DNA of 64,000 bases, taken from positions 256,001 through 320,000 of the forward strand of contig CAWBAT010000008.1 in the NCBI GenBank assembly GCA_963786955.1, read 5' to 3'. The notes under the pieces were generated by a model, which was not told where the DNA came from, searched no databases, and saw only the letters and a list, made by a program, of their open reading frames with translations. Positions 22,401 through 33,788 of this stretch are shown piece by piece. How positions within the stretch are numbered: position 1 is the stretch's first letter; every line of letters starts with the position of its first letter. The position numbers were made by a program, and so were the translations under genes. This DNA comes from an uncultured Acidimicrobiia bacterium (lineage in GTDB: Bacteria; Acidobacteriota; Terriglobia; Versatilivoradales; Versatilivoraceae).

Positions 22401-23516
22401 CAGCGCCTTGAGGCCGCTGTTCTTGGCATCCCAGCTAGTTCCGCTATTGACGCTCTTAAACACGCCATGACGGAGGGTGCCTGCATAAAGATTAACAGGG
22501 TTGGAAGGGGCTAGAGCGACAACCTGCACATCCTCACTCGGAGAGCTAACATAGATAGGATTCCACTGCCCCCCGCCATCGATCGTTTTGTAGATGATTT
22601 CGGGGGCGTTGCTGAGAGTGACTCCTCCCCTTACAATGACATACAAATTATTGGGACTGAGCGGATCAATAATCAGATTTTCGGCCTTCAGACCGCTAAA
22701 GGTTTCCCACCCATTGCTGGAAATTTTCCATTGCCCACCGCTATTGGCACTTTTATAGACTGCACCGTCAGCGACTATATAAAGATTGCTGGGGGTCTTG
22801 GGATCGATCACCACGGCTCCGAAATTGGTAGTGTCCAGCCCGGTTCCGGAAGGATTCCACGTTACCCCACCGTCGGTACTCTTCATCAGACCTGCTGTCG
22901 TGCTGGCATACAGATTGTTGCTGTTTGTCGGATCGATCGCCAGAGCGTGCGCTTTCCAGCTTAGCTGATTCCAACTTACCTGATTCCAACTGGTGCCCCC
23001 ATTGGTGCTCTTGATCACGTAGTAATCCACCGTCGTGCCCACCTTGGTGACGATGTTGGCATAGAGGGTACTTGAATTCTTAGGATCTATGACCAAAGTT
23101 TTGGCACCATCCCCGCAAGGGAGCTTAAGATCGAGAATCGTCCAATTGGCGCCTGCATCCATGCTTTTGAAAATATTGCCACCCACTTCATAAATGGTCG
23201 TATGGTTGGTTGGATCGAGGAGGATTTTCGAAGTCCCAAAGTTGGCATGGAGATCAGTCCAGCTTGTACCGCCATCGGTGGTCTTAAAGATTCCTCCAGC
23301 GTAATTGGCCAAATACGCAGTATTGGGATCAGTATAGTCCACTGCGATCTGAGCAACATATCCGCCCTCCGGGCCGTTTCGGGCAGTCCAGTCAAGGGCA
23401 ACCGCTGCCTGCGGGGAAACAGCTGTAATAATCCCCCACAGGAGCACTGGAATAGAGAGCCAAGAAATCGAATGACTCGGTGTAGGTTTCAAGGTTCCGC
23501 CTGTGGTATTTATCAA
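19472..23516 (-). CDS. Large secreted BNR/Asp-box beta-propeller protein, paralog 2 (frameshift in the Gly linker near 21370)
   Basis: Same architecture. Shares ALDWTARNGPEGGYVAQI with paralog 1 and a near-identical C-terminal INDGAGPGQRTGDGA(F/Y)IGSSQ. Confidence 0.85.
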
Positions 23517-23602
23517 GCTAATTTCTCCCGTCTATCTTGCATGGATTGCGGAGTGCGATTCCTGCCACATTCCGGTGTAATCGTCTACTTGCGCTCAGAT
23601 GT

Positions 23603-23661
23603 TATAGCCGGGGGCGCTGCCTCGGACAACAGGCCTGGAGGCCTGTTGCTATTGTCTTGTG
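23603..23661. repeat. Degenerate single copy of the 18699 REP unit
   Basis: ATAGCCGGGGGCGCTGCCTCGGACAACAGGCCTGGAGGCCTGTTGCTATTGTCTTGTG. Confidence 0.75.
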
Positions 23662-23890
23662 TTCTGCAGCATCGCCCCGTCCTAGGACGAAATGGGCGAC
23701 GACTATCCCGACAACTCAATATCGCAATAGGGCAAAACTCCCGGCGCTTTTTCTGGACCATGGAAGGGTCTTCAGTCACGATCTTTGATGGGTATAGCGC
23801 GCCGATAAAAGGATAGCAAAATAAGGAATTTTGGGCAACCCGATCGCGACAAGTTGCGCTGAACCCTTTCGCGGTTACCCGGCACCTTGA

Positions 23891-25174
23891 TCAGGCTCCT
23901 CGAGCTTCCGGCTTCTCCGGCCAGAACCAGCCAACCATCGAGCCCAGCAAGGGGACAAAGGCGACGCACATCACGGACGGGGCAAAGGTGCCGCTCTGGT
24001 CCGCGAGACCTCCGATAATTGGGTTGAGGAAGGCCAGCACGAGCCAGGGGAGGGAACCAGCCAGTCCCACTAGTTTGGCCGTATGACGGAGTGAGGTTTC
24101 CTGTGAAAGGGCAAACATGTTGGGAAATCCTCCCATGGCTCCTGCGGCTACAATCAAGACCAATGGTATTGCTAACCAGGGTGCCGGTTTGAATGCCACT
24201 GGAATGGCCAAAAGGCAGAGCAGCGACGTCCCGGTACTGACGAGCTTACGAGAGCGAGCGACTGTGAAGCCCGCCTGCGTCAGCTTGCGCGTGCAATAAC
24301 CGGCCAGCAGGGATCCCAAGTCAGCCGCTACGAAGAATGCCGCGAGCATCCACAGCATTTCTCCCTCGCTATAATGCAAGTCTTTCCTCAGAATGCGCGG
24401 CAGCCAAGCACGAAAGAAATGCCAGCAAACATTGACGGTCAGGCTGACCATCATCATGATCCAGAACAGCCGGCTCACCAGGACCCGGCGAAAAGGGAGT
24501 TCGGGTTCGGGAAACGCAGAGACATCAGAAGAGACCTTCGGGTGCTCGATCTCCAGGGCCCGGTCTCCCCGGATGAAGATAACCCAGAGCAGGGCCCACA
24601 GGCCGCCACTCGCGCCGACCACAACGAAGAGCTTCTGCCAATTCTCCCCGCTCGGGCTGATCATCGCCCAAGCCAGGATGGGGGTAATGGCTGCGCCGAG
24701 GGAGGCCCCACTGTGGAAAATGCCGTTTGCCAGGCTTCGTGCCTCCAGCGGGATGACCCTGCGAACTACGCTCACGGCACACGGCCAGTTGAACGCTTCG
24801 GCGACTCCCAGGGTCACACGACACAAGATCATGGCCTCGATGGTGTTGACTAGACCTGTCAAGAGACCGGCCGCCGACCAGACCAGCAGTGCGCCTAAAT
24901 AGAACCAACGGACGTTAAAGCGGTCTACTAGGAAGCCTGCAGGGATCAGTGCTAGCGCGAAAGCATACTGGAACGCCGACTCCACCTCCCCATAGCCTCT
25001 CTCTTTGCCGTCAAAGAACTGGCGGATCAGGTGGCTAGATGTGGCCTGCATGGTCTGCCGATCCATGTAGTTAATCATCGTAGCCAGGAAAAGTAACCAG
25101 ACGATTCCCCATTTCCAGGATGGGATGCGGTTAGTTTTCAAGCTAGTGGTCGTCTGAGTAGAGGAAAGAGTCAT
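23891..25174 (-). CDS. MFS transporter (ExuT/ACS-like)
   Basis: LFLATMINYMDRQ, GFLVDRFNVRW, RVTLGVAEAFNWP; about 12 hydrophobic segments. Confidence 0.9.
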   Translation of the reverse strand: MTLSSTQTTTSLKTNRIPSWKWGIVWLLFLATMINYMDRQTMQATSSHLIRQFFDGKERGYGEVESAFQYAFALALIPAGFLVDRFNVRWFYLGALLVWSAAGLLTGLVNTIEAMILCRVTLGVAEAFNWPCAVSVVRRVIPLEARSLANGIFHSGASLGAAITPILAWAMISPSGENWQKLFVVVGASGGLWALLWVIFIRGDRALEIEHPKVSSDVSAFPEPELPFRRVLVSRLFWIMMMVSLTVNVCWHFFRAWLPRILRKDLHYSEGEMLWMLAAFFVAADLGSLLAGYCTRKLTQAGFTVARSRKLVSTGTSLLCLLAIPVAFKPAPWLAIPLVLIVAAGAMGGFPNMFALSQETSLRHTAKLVGLAGSLPWLVLAFLNPIIGGLADQSGTFAPSVMCVAFVPLLGSMVGWFWPEKPEARGA

Positions 25175-25310
25175 TGGGATCGTATCGGTACAGAACGAAA
25201 CACGAACGGTTCGAGTGAGTGGACTCGTGATACCAAGTTGCAATCAATTGGATACATATAGTTGAGCTAGCATCTCCAGTAGAGGCAGCTAAAACACGGA
25301 AATCTGCCAC

Positions 25311-25457
25311 TTAGTATGCCATTCGTAATTACGGTGATGTATCTTAGGATAGGCGCCGCGTGAGGTTGAGGTTTTGAGAAAGCCTCAAGCCTACAAAGTT
25401 GTAGGCCGGGTCACCGACCCGGCGTTAACGTCACCTTAATTACGAATAGCAGTACTT
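25311..25457. mobile_element. MITE-like element with terminal inverted repeats enclosing a GTAG REP
   Basis: TTAGTATGCCATTCGTAATTACGGTGA ... TCACCTTAATTACGAATAGCAGTACTTA; internal GTAG-GCCGGGTC-ACC-GACCCGGC at 25401-25423. Confidence 0.6.
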
Positions 25458-25537
25458 AGTAATAGTGAATTGAGCATAAACGAACTTCAGTAATGCCTAG
25501 AAAGGTTGCCGAGGCTTCCCAATTCTTTGCCGCTTGA

Positions 25538-26330
25538 TCAGCGGGAACGAATCGCATGACTCGCAGGATCAGCCAGCAGCGCGCCACCGTCGCAGATCAG
25601 TGTGTGTCCCGTCACCATATCGGAGCCCGTGATCAGACTCACGATCGCATCGGCTACATCTTCGGGTTGGCAGGCTCGCCCGAGCGCACTGGCCGCGGCA
25701 AAGCTCTCCCGGGATTCCAGGTACCGCTCCCCTAATCCTTCCCGCATCCAGCGGCCTTCGATGAATCCAGGCGCCACGGCGTTGACGCGGATCTTGGGAG
25801 CGAGGACACGAGCCAGCGCCTTGGTGAGATTAATGACCCCAGCCTTCGATACCGCATAAGGGATTGAGCTGCCTGCTCCATTGAGGCCCGCGATGCTGGC
25901 GACGTTAATGATCACTCCACCGTTAGTCTCCAGGGCACTCCGGCAGGCCCGGGCACAATGGAATGTTCCCTTCAAATTAACGCCCAGGATGAAATCCCAG
26001 TCTTCGTCCTTCACTTCGTCCAGGTGGTCGTGCGGGATGAAACGGGTAACGCCGGCGCAGTTCACCAAAATATCGAGACGGCCCAGCTCCCCGACGACGG
26101 CTGTAACCATCGCCCGGCAGGCATCACTGTTCCTAACGTCTGCTTCTACCGGGAACAGCGCGAACGCCAATCGCGGCCAGCTCGGCGGCCGTCTGGGCCG
26201 CTTCTGGCTTTGTGTCTGCAATGTGATTGACGGCGATGGAGCAGCCAAGCCGTGCCAACGCTAAGCTGGTGGCTCTTCCCAGCCCGGTTGCAGCCCCAGT
26301 GATCAGCGCCACTTTTCCAGCCACGTTCAT
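25538..26330 (-). CDS. SDR-family oxidoreductase (frameshifted)
   Basis: TGAATGLG, LDILVNCAG, YAVSK (YxxxK), RVNAVAPG. Confidence 0.9.
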
Positions 26331-27292
26331 GGAGAACCTCCTTGCGAAGCCGGATGGAGGAGTTTGCCGAGAGCCAGGAAGAGAGCGTCTCGCCGTGCCC
26401 GGCGCTCAACCAGGCGTCCTGGAGGGTACTCATGAAACCCTTTGCCGGTCTTGGCCCCCAAATGGCCTTGATCGACCAGCCCCTGAACCAGGGCAGGAAT
26501 CTGGCTATCGCTCTTAATCTGTGGAGCCAGGTTTCGGAACACCGTCGTTTGGATATCCAAGCCTCCAAAGTCGTGAACTTCCAGAGGCCCGACTGCAGCC
26601 AGGCGGAAGCCCACGCTATTGCGGAGAGCGTCATCAATCTCAGTTGCGCTGGCCACGCCTTGATCGAGCAGATCCCACACTTCCCGCTGGATCGCCACCT
26701 GAATGCGGTTGACGAGAAAGCCCGGCAGCTCTTTGCGCAGCCAGAGAGGCTGCTTGCCAATGTGTTTCATCAGGGCCATGGTCGTTCGTGTGGTTTGCTC
26801 ATGGGTGCCTGGTGCTGGAACGACCTCCACGAGCGGTACCAGGTGCGGGGGATTAAACCAGTGCGTCACTAACGCTCGCTCCGGATGCTGCATCCGAACG
26901 CCTGATTGTGAGATGGGGAAGGTGGATGAATTGGAGGCCAGGATTGTGTCGCGGGTGACCAGCGATTCCAGGCGCTCGAACAATTCTTGCTTTACCTTGA
27001 GGTCTTCTTTGACTGCCTCGGTAACGAAACCGACGTTAGCCACGGCCTCTGCTTCGCTTCCCACAAATCACCAGACGAGACAGGATTCTTCAACGCGACT
27101 TTGCGGAATCAGTCCGGCTTCCACAAAGGCCTGGAGATTTGTCCGCACCCGCTCATGCAGGGACGCGCTCGCACCCGGCTGTTCATCAAAGCAGTTTACC
27201 GGATATCCCGCCACGGCAAAGGTCTGGGCGATTCCGTGCCCCATCGTCCCCAGTCCGAGAACAGCCACTCTGTGAATCGTATCATTGGGCAT
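26327..27292 (-). CDS. 3-hydroxyacyl-CoA dehydrogenase family (frameshifted)
   Basis: VLGLGTMGHGIA, EAVKEDL, LASNSST, HWFNPPHLVPLVEV, PGFLVNRIQ, GAKTGKGF. Confidence 0.9.
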
Positions 27293-27301
27293 GGTCGCTT
27301 C

Positions 27302-28974
27302 TTATCCCCACGGATCCGGTGCCAGAGCCCGAATGTCACTCACCACATCGAGCACCGCCGGCCGCCCGCTTGCAAGGGCTCTGCTCGAGCGCTGGCCGGA
27401 TCTGCGCGGGCTGTTCCACCCGCTCGGCATAACAGCCGAACGCCTCTGCAATCCGAGCCAGATTCAGATCCTCGAACTGCCACATCTTGAGGCCGGAGCG
27501 CTGCTCTCCGCCATAGGCCTGGGCGAAGAGCAACGTCTCCTGGCTGAGCGAGTGATTGTTGTTGACGATCGTGACGGTGTTAATCCCATAGCGCACGGCG
27601 GTCTCCAGTTCACTGATGTGGTAATAGAATCCTCCATCTCCGCTGAAGCAAATCACAGGCCGGTTCGGGCAAGCACACTTGGCCCCCATGGCTGCGGGCA
27701 GCCCCCAGCCCAGCGATCCCGCCGCCCGCAGATACATTTGGCCGGGATGATGAAGCTCCAAGTGCGTCCCGGTCCAAATTCCCAGCATGCCCCGTTTCGG
27801 AAACAAGCACAGCGTCAGCCGGAAGAGCCTCCTGCAACTCCTTGCAGATGCGCTCGGGACGCATCGGGGTGGCCTCTGACTGACGCAGCGGTTCGACACT
27901 GGCCCGCCAATTCCACGATGAGCTGTTCCACCCGCTTCAGCCAGGTTTCGCGCGATCGGGGTTTGGACATCGCCTGCAGAATCTGCCGCAGAACTGTTTT
28001 GGCGTCCCCGCACAATGACACGGCATTGGGATAATGGCGACCCAATTCCTCTGCTTCGATATCGAGTTGGATCACCCGAGTGCCCGGGCGAGGGATGCGC
28101 CAGAAATTCGTGACCTGGCTGCCGGTCCGGCTGCCGATGAAGAAAACAAGATCCGCTTCTGCCACGGCCCGATTGGCACAGTCACGCGAATAGGTACCCG
28201 CGACGCCCACGGAAAGCCGATGGTTTTCCCGGATCGTTCCCTTCGCATTTAGGGAGGTGGCCACGGGTATCCCGAGACGTCTCGGCCAATTCGACCACTT
28301 CTTCGCAGGCGCCGGAGGATGCCACTCCACCCCCTGCCACCAGGATGGGCCTTTCTGCCGTTTGAAGTAAGTAGTGCCGCCTGATCGACGTAGCGTGACT
28401 CGGCAGCGGGACGAAGCGGAGGAACAGCAGGCGAACGATGGGACGAAGGGTTCCGTCAACTCTCCCAGGACGTCCACAGCCTGGCCGAAGTGTCCCGCGA
28501 TTTCCAGATGGACAGGGCCCGGGACAGCCGGAGGTGGCAGAGCGAAAAGCCTGCCCCAGCAGGTCGGGAAGTCTTTCAACCGTATCGATGCGGGCATTGA
28601 AGCGGGTCAGCGGTTCGAAGAGTGGGAAGTCGTCAATCTCCTGGTAGACGTGGCGGTGCCGGTACTGGGGCATCGGGCCGCCGGTGATTGCAATCACCGG
28701 CGAGCAGGCAAGAAAGGGGTCACGCAATCCGGCCGCGAGATTGGCCGCGCCAATGACCTGTGACATGCAGATGCCGGGACGGTGAGAGGCCCGGGCGTAG
28801 CCGTCTGCCATGTACACAGCCGACTTCTCGCCATGCGTCATCACGCCAATGATGCCGCGGCGGTCCATCTCGGCAAGAGCCGGGAGTCAGCACGACTGGG
28901 ACAAAAAAAACATGTGTAATGCCAGAGGCTTCGAGAGCCTCCGCCAGATATTGTGAGCCAGTCATGCTTGGCAT
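27302..28974 (-). CDS. Thiamine pyrophosphate-binding protein, acetolactate synthase-like (several frameshifts)
   Basis: HGEKSAVYMADGYARAS, GSLGWGLPAAMGA, TPP motif GDGGFYY...NN. Confidence 0.88.
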
Positions 28975-29454
28975 TCAGACAGCTCCCAATGGTCGAGCAG
29001 CAAATAGGTTGTCCATGATGTTCCTGTACAGGCGGAGCTCGCAAGATTTGTCCAAGTCGAAGAATCAGGGCCGATGAATCGCAGCCATACAAAAGATAGG
29101 CATCAACCGGTTCTGAATTGCGCAGAATTCTGGTGTGAACAATGAGGTGTAGTCAAGGAGAAAACAGAAGAGAGCCATACGGACCGGGCTATTGATAAGT
29201 CGCCCTACTAAGGCTGGTGTCAAGACGGGATGTGGTTTCTATAAATCGGGCGCTCCTGACGGAGGCGGGGGTCGGGTTTTCCACCGAGCTTTATCGGGCG
29301 ATGAAATGGAGTCCCGATGATGAGACGAGCACTATTAATAGAAACTCTTGTCGTGCAAGCATCCCCAGCTCCGTTAGTGGCGGCATATTCAAAGTCGGTG
29401 ATGAGATTGGAGGCCCGGCAGCCGATATCAAAAATTTAGATTTTGTAACGTGAA

Positions 29455-30397
29455 CTAATGGCGATAGTGGCCACCGTGGTAGCCGTGATGTAGCATAATG
29501 TGGGCGCGAATAATAGACGAAGCTCGGACCATAATAATAGGGTGAGTAGAAGCCACCATAGTAGAAGGGTCGAGCATATCCCCCGTAAACTGGCGGGGAA
29601 TAGTATCCACCATAACTCGCGCGAGGGGGTGGCCCTTGCGGCGGACCCTGCTGGACGAGTCTCGGTGGCTGGTCGTAATCTTCTTGTCGAACAGGTTGAA
29701 ACACATCTACAGAGGACCCTGTTTGGATAGTGACCGGGTTCTCGGTCCGGAAAGCGAGTATGTCTTCAGGATATACCACAGTAGGGAGGCCGCGTGTAAC
29801 GAGAACGCCAATGGTGGAAGCAGCAGCTCCGGCTATTGCCCCAATGCCCGCACCATAACCATAACCGCAACTGGCGGCAAGACCGATCATCGTGCCAACG
29901 CCTGTGGCCGTCCCGATGGCCGCAGCATCCCGACCGACTGAGGTATTCCCTCGGCGCTCCATGAGTGTTGTTTTCACCTGAACTTGCCGGCCATCGACAA
30001 GGCTTAATTCGGTGAGCTCGAGGCGAAGACTCGAAGTTCCCTTCACCCGGCCGGCTTTTGCAGCAGAGGCGACTACCCCGGCAACAGTCTGTCCTCGACG
30101 GGCAATCACGAGTCCATTGGCAACGAGCGGCTGAGAGAGCGTTGCGGTGAACGCATCGCCTGGTTGATTGCGGTCAGTCGAGAGCAATTGATCCACTCGA
30201 ACTGTGATCCATGTGCCTGGAGGTAGAGTGAGTTCCATAGGGGGTGGTGGCGGACCTTGCTGGGCAGATATCTCCGAATCGATGCCACCCGGTCGGTGGA
30301 GTTTCGTCTCCTGGGGCTGGCGTCCTTGCCCAACAGTTCTCCTCCCACCAAAAATGCCAAGACGTATGGCAGGAATCCATTTCAGTTGAGCTTACAT
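29455..30397 (-). CDS. Exported hypothetical protein with a Gly-zipper and a Tyr/Gly/Pro-rich tail (frameshifted)
   Basis: LPPGTWITVRVDQLLSTDRNQPGDAFTATL beta domain and GAGIGAIAGAAA; start position approximate. Confidence 0.7.
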
Positions 30398-30858
30398 GTT
30401 CCACCTCCTCAATTCTTCTCCCCTAAGAGTGCATGTGGAATACCAATACTAAATACTTTAGATTCAAGGGATAGAAGGGAGGGGCCTGGCTGATAATGGC
30501 CACAGTGGCTATTTTCGGCCAGCACTTCGAATTGGAACTCGGGGTTTAAATGAGTCTAAGCTCTCGAAGAAGGCTTTGATTCAGGCGAAGCTTGTGGAAA
30601 AAAGGAAGGCATTTCCGCCACATCTCTTGACTTATGTCTTTTAGAAATTTCCATGAAACCTTTTTGAAAGATTTTGCGTCTCAAATCATTAGTCAAGTCT
30701 GGTCCAAAGGCTGGGCAAAAGAGTGGGACCCGAGTGGAGAAGGGACATCTTCCGGCACCCAGTTAAGTCTTCAACGGCGATTGGAACATGCCGCGTGAGG
30801 TTTAGACTTTGATGAAAACCTGAGCCCTCAATGATTTCAAAGAGTTTGCCACCGTGTT

Positions 30859-30882
30859 GTAGGCTGGGTCCCCTGACCCGGC
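30859..30882 (+). repeat. GTAG-type REP
   Basis: GTAG-GCTGGGTC-CCCT-GACCCGGC, same family as the 25401 and 39386 copies. Confidence 0.65.
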
Positions 30883-31222
30883 GGAACTCTTTCACACCTT
30901 TTCCTTCAAAGAACGTGATTATTGAGCATCAAGAAAATTAAGGCTAAACAAGATTCGTGTCGTATTTATAAAGCAAAGTCCTCAGGAGGATGACACGATG
31001 TTTCTCGAGAGGTTGTTGAATAAGTTCTTGCGTTGGCAAATCTGCTTTGCAGCCGCCATACTGATTTGTTATGTCCTGCGCATCGGTTGGCAATGAAGTC
31101 AAAAATCAAATAAATAATGTAGTTTTCGTGTAATTCTTCACGCCGGACTAGTTCCTCTTTGACAATCGGATCATGTCCCTAATCTTTTAGCTGGACACAG
31201 GGGGCGGAGGCAGTGCTCGGGA

Positions 31223-31449
31223 GTCCCTGGGGACTAACGTGAGCCCGGGGTGGCGTGGCCGCGCCACTCGGGGGATGTAACGTAAAGGAGACCCGACCCG
31301 AAAGAGTCGAATAAGATAGCGTCTGCTGACCGTTCGAGGCGATTCAACCCTTTCAGGATTGAATGCGAAATATTCTGAGCACCGTGGGTTTCGCTTCACG
31401 TTGCTGCGCTCAACCCACGGTTGTTGATGTCGGTCCCCTTCGGGACTGC
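31223..31449. repeat. Nested palindromic intergenic element
   Basis: Hairpins GTGGCG..CGCCAC, ACCCGAAAGAGTCGAAT/ATTCAACCCTTTCAGGA, ACCGTGGGTT..AACCCACGGT and GTCCCCTTCGGGAC. Confidence 0.5.
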
Positions 31450-31660
31450 AGCCAGTTCCCCATTTGTGTCTGGCCATCGGACTTCAGGGTAATGATCACC
31501 TTGACAAAAGAGGACTTGAGGGGGTCGTGATATATTTACAAAATTATTTTTTGCGTTTGTGTTAGTTTCACTCATGTGAAACCGCCCCCTGAATCGACAG
31601 TTGGGGAAGTCTCGGTTCGAAACCCGCCGGTTCCTGTCACTTGGACAATGAAGGATCCTA

Positions 31661-33014
31661 ATGACCGTACGCAAGTTGAATTCCTGGCGTAGGCTCGCAG
31701 GGTTTATATTATTCGGTGTCGTTGGAATATGTGTCGGCGCTCCGCGGAGAGGATACGCCTACTCAGAAATTGGTGACGGCCCCGAACTTCTACCATGACG
31801 TGCTCCCCATTCTTAACGAGCACTGTCAGCGATGTCACCGCCCCGGCGAAGTGGCTCCGATGCCCTTCGTAACCTATGAACAGACGCGACCCTGGGCTCG
31901 TGCGATCCAAAAAGCAGTCCTTTCGAAGCACATGCCACCCTGGTTTGCGGACCCACGCTTTGGTCGTTTTGCAAATGATCCGTCGCTCTCCCCGGAGGAA
32001 ATTGCGAAGTTATCTCTCTGGGCAGATACAAACGCCCCACGCGGCGACCCTCACGACGCTCCGCCCACGCAACACTGGGTTAAAGGCTGGACTATCCCCA
32101 AACAGCCGGACCTGGTAATCCAAATGCCCAAGCCAATAATGATTCCGGCGCACGGCGAGATTGAATATACCTATGAAATTGTGCCCACCGGTTTAACTGA
32201 AGACAAGTGGGTGCAAATATCGGAACTCCGACCCTCGAGTCGCCAGCATGTGCATCATGCCGTGGTTTACATTCGTCCTCCGGGATCCCGCTGGTTGCGA
32301 CGTGTTCCCGTCGGCCTCCCTTTCACGGCCTCGAGTTTGGCTGATGAGCAGGATCGACGCGACGCCCACGGAACGGACAGCGACATGCTCCTGGTGTATG
32401 CGCCCGGCAGCTTGCCGGATCACCTGCCCAATGGCATGGCGAAATTTATTCCTCGCGGCTCAGATCTCGTGTTTCAGATGCATTACACCACGAATGGTCG
32501 ACGAGATTCGGACCAGACGAGCCTCGGCATCATCTTTGCAAAGGAGCCGCCGAAACAAAGAGTATTGATGTTGCAATTGACGAATTCTCATTTCACAATT
32601 CCTCCCGGCGTCGACGATTATCGTGTGGAATCGCGTGGGACGTTACCCAATGATGCCACTCTGCTTAGCTTTCTACCCCACATGCATTTGCGTGGCAAAC
32701 GATTCGAATACAACATCATTCATCCGGACGGAAATGTTGAAACGCTGTTGCGAGTCAACTACCACTTTCACTGGCAATTGAGCTACCGGCTCGCCGAACC
32801 AAGGTTTCTCAAGGCCGGCACAATACTTCAAGCCGTCGCCTGGTATGACAATTCAAAGAAGAATCCTCATAATCCGGATCCAAAGAGTGCGGTCACCTGG
32901 GGCGATCAGACTTACGATGAGATGATGGTTGGGTTTTTCGATGTCGCTGTGCCGGCAGCTCTTGGACAAGTGGCAATACTTTATTCGACCCTCAGTCGGG
33001 CACTAGAAAACTGA
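31661..33014 (+). CDS. Cytochrome c (CxxCH) fused to a copper type II monooxygenase-like domain
   Basis: CQRCH heme motif, HVHH, MHY, PHMHLRGK, DEMM. Signal peptide from ATG 31661, with a frameshift. Confidence 0.75.
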
Positions 33015-33174
33015 CAGTGCGCCTATAAAGTGAACTTAAGACCAAGTGCCAAATAGGAGGTTGGGAACCCTCGCGGTAGCTGGTTACGCATTGTCGAACT
33101 TGAACTCGACGGAAATGCCATCCGATTCCCACACTTGCTCCAACCCCGCAAGCTGATAGTTTGCCCCATTGTTT

Positions 33175-33613
33175 TCTCACGGAGACACGGAGGCACGGAG
33201 AACGCTTTGTAGGTCTCCATTGATGATTCGAGTAATTCCTTCCTTCATCAAGGCCTCTCCAAAATTCAAAAGGTATCCCAACTTCAAACCGGTCAAACGG
33301 AGGTAGGTTAGCAGTTGCTTTTTATGGGCTGGATTGACCCTCTCCACCGATTTCAGTTCCACGATCACTTTCCCCTCCACCACCAGATCGGCTCGAAATC
33401 CTTCTTCGAACTGATCATCCTCAAATTCGATCGGCACTGCAACTTGGCGTTGGACGGAGAGCCCTCGCTTTTCCAGTTGCCGGGCTAACGTCACTTCGTA
33501 CACCGTTTCCAGCAATCCAGGCCCGAGGGCTTGATGCAGATGGATTGCACAATCAACAATTACAGTCCCGATTTCGTTTTCATTCATCTCCGTGTCTCAG
33601 TGTCTCCGTGAGA
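33175..33613. mobile_element. 27-bp inverted repeats exactly bounding the GxxExxY gene
   Basis: TCTCACGGAGACACGGAGGCACGGAGA (33175-33201) against TCTCCGTGTCTCAGTGTCTCCGTGAGA (33587-33613): 25/27 complementary. Confidence 0.6.
33177..33587 (-). CDS. GxxExxY protein (PD-(D/E)XK nuclease fold)
   Basis: LGPGLLETVYE, FRADLVVEGKVIVELKSV, QLLTYLRLTG, GYLLNFG. Confidence 0.93.
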   Translation of the reverse strand: MNENEIGTVIVDCAIHLHQALGPGLLETVYEVTLARQLEKRGLSVQRQVAVPIEFEDDQFEEGFRADLVVEGKVIVELKSVERVNPAHKKQLLTYLRLTGLKLGYLLNFGEALMKEGITRIINGDLQSVLRASVSP

Positions 33614-33788
33614 GATATGGCTTTGGCTGAACCAATGATTAACAGGCAATATTGCCTTGATAATACGACAATAATTGGATTTTCGGGCAGTTTTGCCCTT
33701 TACCCATTATCAACCAAATTGTGTGCCTATTCTGGTACAACATGCTATGGCTGTCCTCTACAATTGTCAACGGAACAAACTCCTGGAG

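Noticed and set aside
26146-28763. Long opposite-strand and alternative-frame ORFs
   Set aside because: Shadows of GC-rich real genes with no recognisable motifs.
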